DNA of 64,000 nt, taken from positions 32,001 through 96,000 of the forward strand of contig JBBRSB010000012.1 in the NCBI GenBank assembly GCA_038245785.1. Direction: 5' to 3'. A program made the position numbers and the translations under genes. This document shows positions 60,825 through 64,000 of this stretch, piece by piece; within the stretch, counting starts at the first letter, position 1, and the number at the start of each line of letters is the position of its first letter. Source of the stretch: Gloeobacterales cyanobacterium (GTDB lineage: Bacteria > Cyanobacteriota > Cyanobacteriia > Gloeobacterales > PMM-0068). The notes under the pieces were generated by a model, which was given only the letters and a program-made list of their open reading frames with translations, searched no databases and was not told the origin of the DNA.

Positions 60825-63800
60825 TCAGTGCCCTTTGGAAGAACTTTCCATCCCTAACTGAGGACTTGTTTTCTTGAATTTTTTGGATTGGCGTTCTCGA
60901 ATGGACTCACGGATACTGCCAATAACGATGTAGAGCACGGGTACAATGAATAGACTCAAGAAGGTAGAAACAATCATGCCTCCGAGGATTGAGGTACCCA
61001 GGGATTGACGAGCTGCAGCTCCGGCTCCTGTTGCAATAGCCAGGGGAAGAATCCCAAAGATAAAGGCAAGCGAGGTCATTAGGATCGGACGCAGCCGTTC
61101 TTCAGCAGACTTGATTGCTGCATCTGTGATGGAGAGTCCCTTGTCTCTCAACTGATTGGCAAACTCTACAATCAAGATCGCATTCTTACTAGCTAGTCCA
61201 ATAAGCATGACTAGACCAATCTGACCGTAAACATCATTAGGTAGACCGCGTAGTAACTGTGCGCTCAAAGCTCCTAAAACGGCCAAAGGCACAGCCAGGA
61301 TGATAATCAGAGGGTCTATAAAACTTTCATATTGAGCCGCCAGGACTAGAAAGACGAAAACCAATCCCAGCCCAAAAAGTAGAGAGGCCTGACCACCCGA
61401 CTTAATTTCTTCTAGAGAAAGACCTGTCCAGGAATATTCAATTCCTTGGGGCAGTGTCTCCTGGGCGAGCTTTTCAATCGCTTGAATAGCCTGTCCAGAG
61501 CTAGAGCCTGGTGCCGCTGAACCGGTTATCTGAGCAGAACGGAATAGGTTGTAGTGGGTAATAATCTGAGGAGCCGTTGTCGGCTTCACTGTCACTAGAT
61601 TACTTAAGGGAATCATCTGGTTTTGATTGGACCGCACATACAAAAGACGAATATCCCGTGGATTAGAGCGGAACTGCTGGTCTGCTTGAACAATGACCCG
61701 ATAGTTACGTTCAAACAGATTAAAGTCATTCACATAGGACGAACCTAAATAAATTTGCAAGGTGCTAAAGACATCTTGTAAATTTACTTGCAGCGCCAGG
61801 GCTCGATTGCGGTTTACCTCAATTAGTATCTGTGGTGAGTTGATCGCAAAGGGTGTATTAACGCGGAATAATCCAGGATCTGTACTTGCTTTTTGAACTA
61901 TCCCATTAGCAGCGGTAGACAACTCTTGTAATCCACTGTTTCCCTTGTCTTGAAGCTGGAAATCGAATCCACCCAAACTGCTACCAACATTAATCGTGGG
62001 CGGATTGGCAGCAAAGATAGTGGCTCCTGGAATTCGTGAAAATGAACCCATGGCTTGACCAATAATCTCTTCTACAGACCGCTCGCGTTCAGACCAGGGC
62101 TTTAGCGTAGTAAAAATGATCCCCTTATTCGGGCCATTGCCTGTAAAGCTAAATCCACTAACAGCAAAGGTCGCCGTAGCTTCTGGGAGTTTCCGCAGGT
62201 CTTGTTCTGCCTGCCGCAAAATATCGCTGGTATACTCCAGGGAAACTCCCTCAGGCGCTTGAACCAAGGTGATGAAGTAGCCCTGGTCTTCATCAGGAAC
62301 AAAGCCAGTAGGCGCTATCCGAAATAGGACATAGGTCAAGCCTAGGGCAACGGCAAAGCCCGCTATAACGAAGCCTTTAAAGCGATTTAGCCAACCTAGC
62401 GAACGATGGTAACCCGCACGTGTTTTGTCAATTCCTCCGTTGATTGCGTTGAAAAAACGGTTTTGAGGCCGCTGCTCTTGGCGCAGAAGCAGTGCGGACA
62501 ACGCGGGCGTCAGGGTTAAGGCATTAAAAGTCGAAAGGGCAATTGAAAAGGCAATCGTGAGGGCGAACTGTTGATACAGCCGCCCCGTTACTCCAGGAAA
62601 AAAGGCTACCGGGATGAACACAGCCATTAGCACCAGAGAAGTTGCTAAGACTGCCCCCGTCACTTCTGCCATCGCTTCTACGGCTGCCTGACGGGGACTG
62701 ATGCCCTTTTCTTCAATCGAACGGGTAATATTCTCAACCACCACAATCGCATCATCTACGACGAGACCCGTTGCCAGAATCAGGCCAAACAGTGTCAAGC
62801 TATTAATCGAAAATCCAAAAACTTTAATGAAGGCAAAGGTTCCAATGAGAGAAACAGGAATGGTAATTGCTGGAATCAGCGTCGCGCGCCAATCCTGCAA
62901 GAACAGGAAGATGACTAAGACGACCAGGCCAACTGCTAGTACAAGAGTAATTATCACCTCTCGGATCGACTCTTCTACGGCCAGCGTGGTGTCGAACGCC
63001 ACCTTATACTTCATCCCTGGTGGAAATTTTTTGCTTAACTCCGCAAGCGCGGTCTGGGCTTCTCTAGATACCTCTAAAGCATTGCTGCCGGTGAGTTGAG
63101 AAACCCCCAGGCCCACGCCTTCCTGACCACTGAAGCGCAGACCGGATGAGTAATCTTGGGCTCCCAGTTCAACACGCCCTACATCTCTTAACTTGATCAG
63201 AGCTCCATCAGTGCCTGTCTTGAGCACGATATCGGCAAATTCTTTTTCGCTCTTGAGTCGGCTCACGGCCTGTAGGTTGATTTGAAATTGTTGACCTTTA
63301 GGAGCGGGTGATTGTCCAATTTGTCCGGCCCCCACCTGTATGTTCTGCTGCTGGAGGGCACTGACGACATCCTGAGCCGTTAACCCACGACTGGCCAAAC
63401 GATTAGGGTCTAGCCATAAGCGCATCGCATACTTGCGTTCACCAAAGATTTGTACGTTGCCAACTCCAGGTAAACGCTTAAGCGGGTCCACTAAATACAA
63501 GTCTGCATAGTTACTCAAGAACGCTGGACTGTATTTATTGTTATCAGAATAGAGACCGATAGCCAGGACAAACCCTGCGGTGGAACCCTTACTAACTTTG
63601 ACCCCTGTTTGCCTTACTTCGGCAGGTAATTGTGATTGCACCACGGAAATTCGATTCTGCACATCCACCGCTGCAATATCTTTATTTCTGCCTTGCTCAA
63701 AGGTGGCGGTAATAGAACTGGTTCCACTGCTGCTGCTCGAAGAAATATATTGCATGCCCTCTACACCGTTGATCTCCCGTTCCAGCAGGGAAGTGACGGA

Positions 63801-63980
63801 AGTTTCCACCGTTTCGGCACTGGCTCCAGGGTAGGTTGCATCCACCTGAACAGTGGGCGGAGTAATGTCGGGGTAATATTCAATCGGCAGAGACGGTATG
63901 CTCACCGCCCCCACAAGAATGAGGATCAGGGAGCAGACAGTAGCAAAAATAGGTCGCTTGATGAAGAAATTAACAAACAT
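60825..63980 (-). CDS. RND efflux permease (AcrB/HAE1 family)
   Basis: FFIKRPIFA, YPGAS, GLVVDDAIVVVEN, KNAILIVEFA, RLRPILMTS. Confidence 0.96.
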   Translation of the reverse strand: MFVNFFIKRPIFATVCSLILILVGAVSIPSLPIEYYPDITPPTVQVDATYPGASAETVETSVTSLLEREINGVEGMQYISSSSSSGTSSITATFEQGRNKDIAAVDVQNRISVVQSQLPAEVRQTGVKVSKGSTAGFVLAIGLYSDNNKYSPAFLSNYADLYLVDPLKRLPGVGNVQIFGERKYAMRLWLDPNRLASRGLTAQDVVSALQQQNIQVGAGQIGQSPAPKGQQFQINLQAVSRLKSEKEFADIVLKTGTDGALIKLRDVGRVELGAQDYSSGLRFSGQEGVGLGVSQLTGSNALEVSREAQTALAELSKKFPPGMKYKVAFDTTLAVEESIREVIITLVLAVGLVVLVIFLFLQDWRATLIPAITIPVSLIGTFAFIKVFGFSINSLTLFGLILATGLVVDDAIVVVENITRSIEEKGISPRQAAVEAMAEVTGAVLATSLVLMAVFIPVAFFPGVTGRLYQQFALTIAFSIALSTFNALTLTPALSALLLRQEQRPQNRFFNAINGGIDKTRAGYHRSLGWLNRFKGFVIAGFAVALGLTYVLFRIAPTGFVPDEDQGYFITLVQAPEGVSLEYTSDILRQAEQDLRKLPEATATFAVSGFSFTGNGPNKGIIFTTLKPWSERERSVEEIIGQAMGSFSRIPGATIFAANPPTINVGSSLGGFDFQLQDKGNSGLQELSTAANGIVQKASTDPGLFRVNTPFAINSPQILIEVNRNRALALQVNLQDVFSTLQIYLGSSYVNDFNLFERNYRVIVQADQQFRSNPRDIRLLYVRSNQNQMIPLSNLVTVKPTTAPQIITHYNLFRSAQITGSAAPGSSSGQAIQAIEKLAQETLPQGIEYSWTGLSLEEIKSGGQASLLFGLGLVFVFLVLAAQYESFIDPLIIILAVPLAVLGALSAQLLRGLPNDVYGQIGLVMLIGLASKNAILIVEFANQLRDKGLSITDAAIKSAEERLRPILMTSLAFIFGILPLAIATGAGAAARQSLGTSILGGMIVSTFLSLFIVPVLYIVIGSIRESIRERQSKKFKKTSPQLGMESSSKGH

Positions 63981-64000
63981 AGCTTTGGGGAGTAAGGAGG

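Overview
A 64 kb stretch of a cyanobacterial chromosome made up mostly of core genes. A very divergent PsbO and the near-absence of HIP1 (GCGATCGC) octamers suggest an early-branching, Gloeobacterales-like organism; this is inference. Housekeeping content includes purC, surE, moeA, murJ, purS, prs, the rimP-nusA-ylxR-infB operon, rpsA, glyQ, lipA, secA, aroC, trpF, eda, ftn2, a csoR-copA copper locus, an RND pump and tRNA-Gly(TCC). I saw no CRISPR array, rRNA, integrase or classical transposase. Most notable: (1) two cassettes in which a DUF559 (Vsr-like) endonuclease gene sits between GC-rich inverted palindromic repeats starting with CCCTCA, one intact (57447-57953) and one internally deleted and MITE-like (8393-8722), suggesting a small nuclease-linked mobile or REP-like system; (2) a strongly remodelled PsbO with a lipobox; (3) an LpxA-like protein lacking the catalytic histidine; (4) small genes missing from the ORF track, including a PetM-like peptide; (5) several decay scars, including nonsense codons and a degenerate duplication of the surE 5' end. 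All family calls come from motif recognition by eye, not database searches.
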